Source of the DNA: Octopus sinensis
Lineage: Eukaryota
DNA: 64,000 nt
Direction: 5' to 3'
NCBI RefSeq assembly: GCF_006345805.1
Contig: NC_043023.1
Location: 1,364,001 to 1,428,000 of the forward strand
A program made the position numbers and the translations under genes. Below are positions 62,655 through 64,000 of this stretch, piece after piece; within the stretch, counting starts at the first letter, position 1; each line of letters starts with the position of its first letter. Under the pieces are notes generated by a model, which ran no database searches, had not been told where the DNA came from, and was given only the letters and a program-made list of their open reading frames with translations.

Positions 62655-62732
62655 ATGGAGGGTATATCAGCCGAAATATTGTGTTAACAAAATGAGGACA
62701 AATATCTGTCAAATGTAAATAATGTAAATAAG
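62655..62732 (+). mobile_element. 3' half of the 21029 hammerhead family plus its tail
   Basis: ggagggtatatcagccgaaatattgtgttaac...atctgtcaaatgtaaataatgtaaataa. Confidence 0.7.
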
Positions 62733-63599
62733 GAAATTAGTTGATTAAATTGACCCCTTGAAACTTATTGTATCCACTCTGACAGGATAAACGGGAAAGT
62801 CCACCTCAGCAGAATTTGAACTCAGAACATAAAGACAGAAAAACAAAAATAACTAAAATTAACAGAAACTCACTGCAAGGCGAGCACACAGCAGGAGAGA
62901 TCTTCAGAGGAAGAACTCCCACCCGACAAGTATTTCAGCCCTTATACCTGACACCCTACAGGAGCTGAGGCCCACCCAGGTCAAGATTCCTAGGTGTCCT
63001 CCTGCTGCTTTCTAAAATCCTCTCTCCAGCAGGATTTGAACCTGGGTCATCCTTTACATGAACTTGTGTTCCCATGTCTGTGTTTCAGCCCACCAGGCCA
63101 CTCTGACTGATGAAGGAACCAGTTCTGTTCTCCCTTCTATTCCTGTAAATAACCAATGGAATCCATCACGAGGCCCATTGGTCATTCCTCTTTGCCTATA
63201 TCCACACTGAGCTCTTTTCAGCAACATCAGACAAAAGTTTAATTGTGGCAGTTCTGCGGCCTTTGATACCCAACTGCCCAGAGTGCTAAGGTTTCTGCTA
63301 GAGCACCACCTTACAACAGGTTAATAATGACATAATTATTTTATTAAATCCTTCATTATTTTCAAAATTTATGGAAACAAAGGCAGTGAATTTCAACAGA
63401 ATTATGGTAACAAAACGGTTAACAGTTGTTCTGTAGGCTGCCAAATGGCAATAAAGTCATACTGTGAGAAAAACAGGAACAAAATACCAAACAAAAATTC
63501 ATACACATGCATTCAGAAGATATCTTTTGATTTGGAAACAAAATTCTATATTTTCAAATGAAATTTAGGAATAATTTCACATTGCAATAACATAAGTTA

Positions 63600-63897
63600 T
63601 CATCATCATCGTTATCATCATCATCATCATCATCAGTTTAATGTGAGGCAGATTTACCATGGCTGGATTCCCTTCCCGTTGCCAACCCTCATGTCTTTCC
63701 AAGAAAGATAGAGTTCCCCATGGCCAGACACGAATTTCATACAAGATCCCCTCCATCAGATCGATGTTGCCTGCACAAGTGCAGAAGTATACCACGTGTC
63801 AGATGTCAAAGTGATTACAGAACAATGTGAGATGAAGGGTTTTGCTCAAGAACACAATGTGTCACCCAGTCTGCAAATCAAACCCATGATCTAGTGA
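63600..63897 (-). mobile_element. CORE-like SINE with an RTE-type (GAT)n tail
   Basis: Minus: gggtttgatttgc..ttgtgttcttgagcaaaac...gttggcaacgggaagggaatccagcc...(gat)n. Confidence 0.55.
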
Positions 63898-63904
63898 TAT
63901 ATAC

Positions 63905-63939
<35 letters not shown>

Positions 63940-63943
63940 CATG

Positions 63944-63974
<31 letters not shown>

Positions 63975-64000
63975 GATAGATAGATACATACATACATATA

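Overview
A 64 kb eukaryotic window that is almost entirely repetitive. The repeat types (tRNA-headed CORE-like SINEs, RTE tails ending in (GAT)n, very dense microsatellites) match my recollection of Octopus genomes; this is an inference, not a database result. No host protein-coding exon could be confirmed. The long ORFs in the track are microsatellite or tandem-repeat artefacts, apart from pieces of decayed transposon proteins (CR1 RT, RTE RT, an R4/NeSL-type C-terminus, mariner and Tc1/maT transposases). Contents: five SINE families (my labels A-E), three non-autonomous Helitrons, several tandem arrays amplified from pieces of retroposons, long inverted repeats, and a 100-N gap flanked by a probable false duplication. 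The most unusual signal is about ten type-I hammerhead-ribozyme motifs (intact to decayed) from roughly seven unrelated small elements. They include a G3:C8 compensatory-core variant, C4 variants, one with a 58-nt stem-II insert inside a perfect 68-bp inverted repeat, and two fused behind the same tRNA-derived Pol III head. This resembles Penelope-associated or retrozyme-like non-autonomous elements. All folds were derived by eye, and element boundaries are approximate (about +/-10 bp) unless stated.
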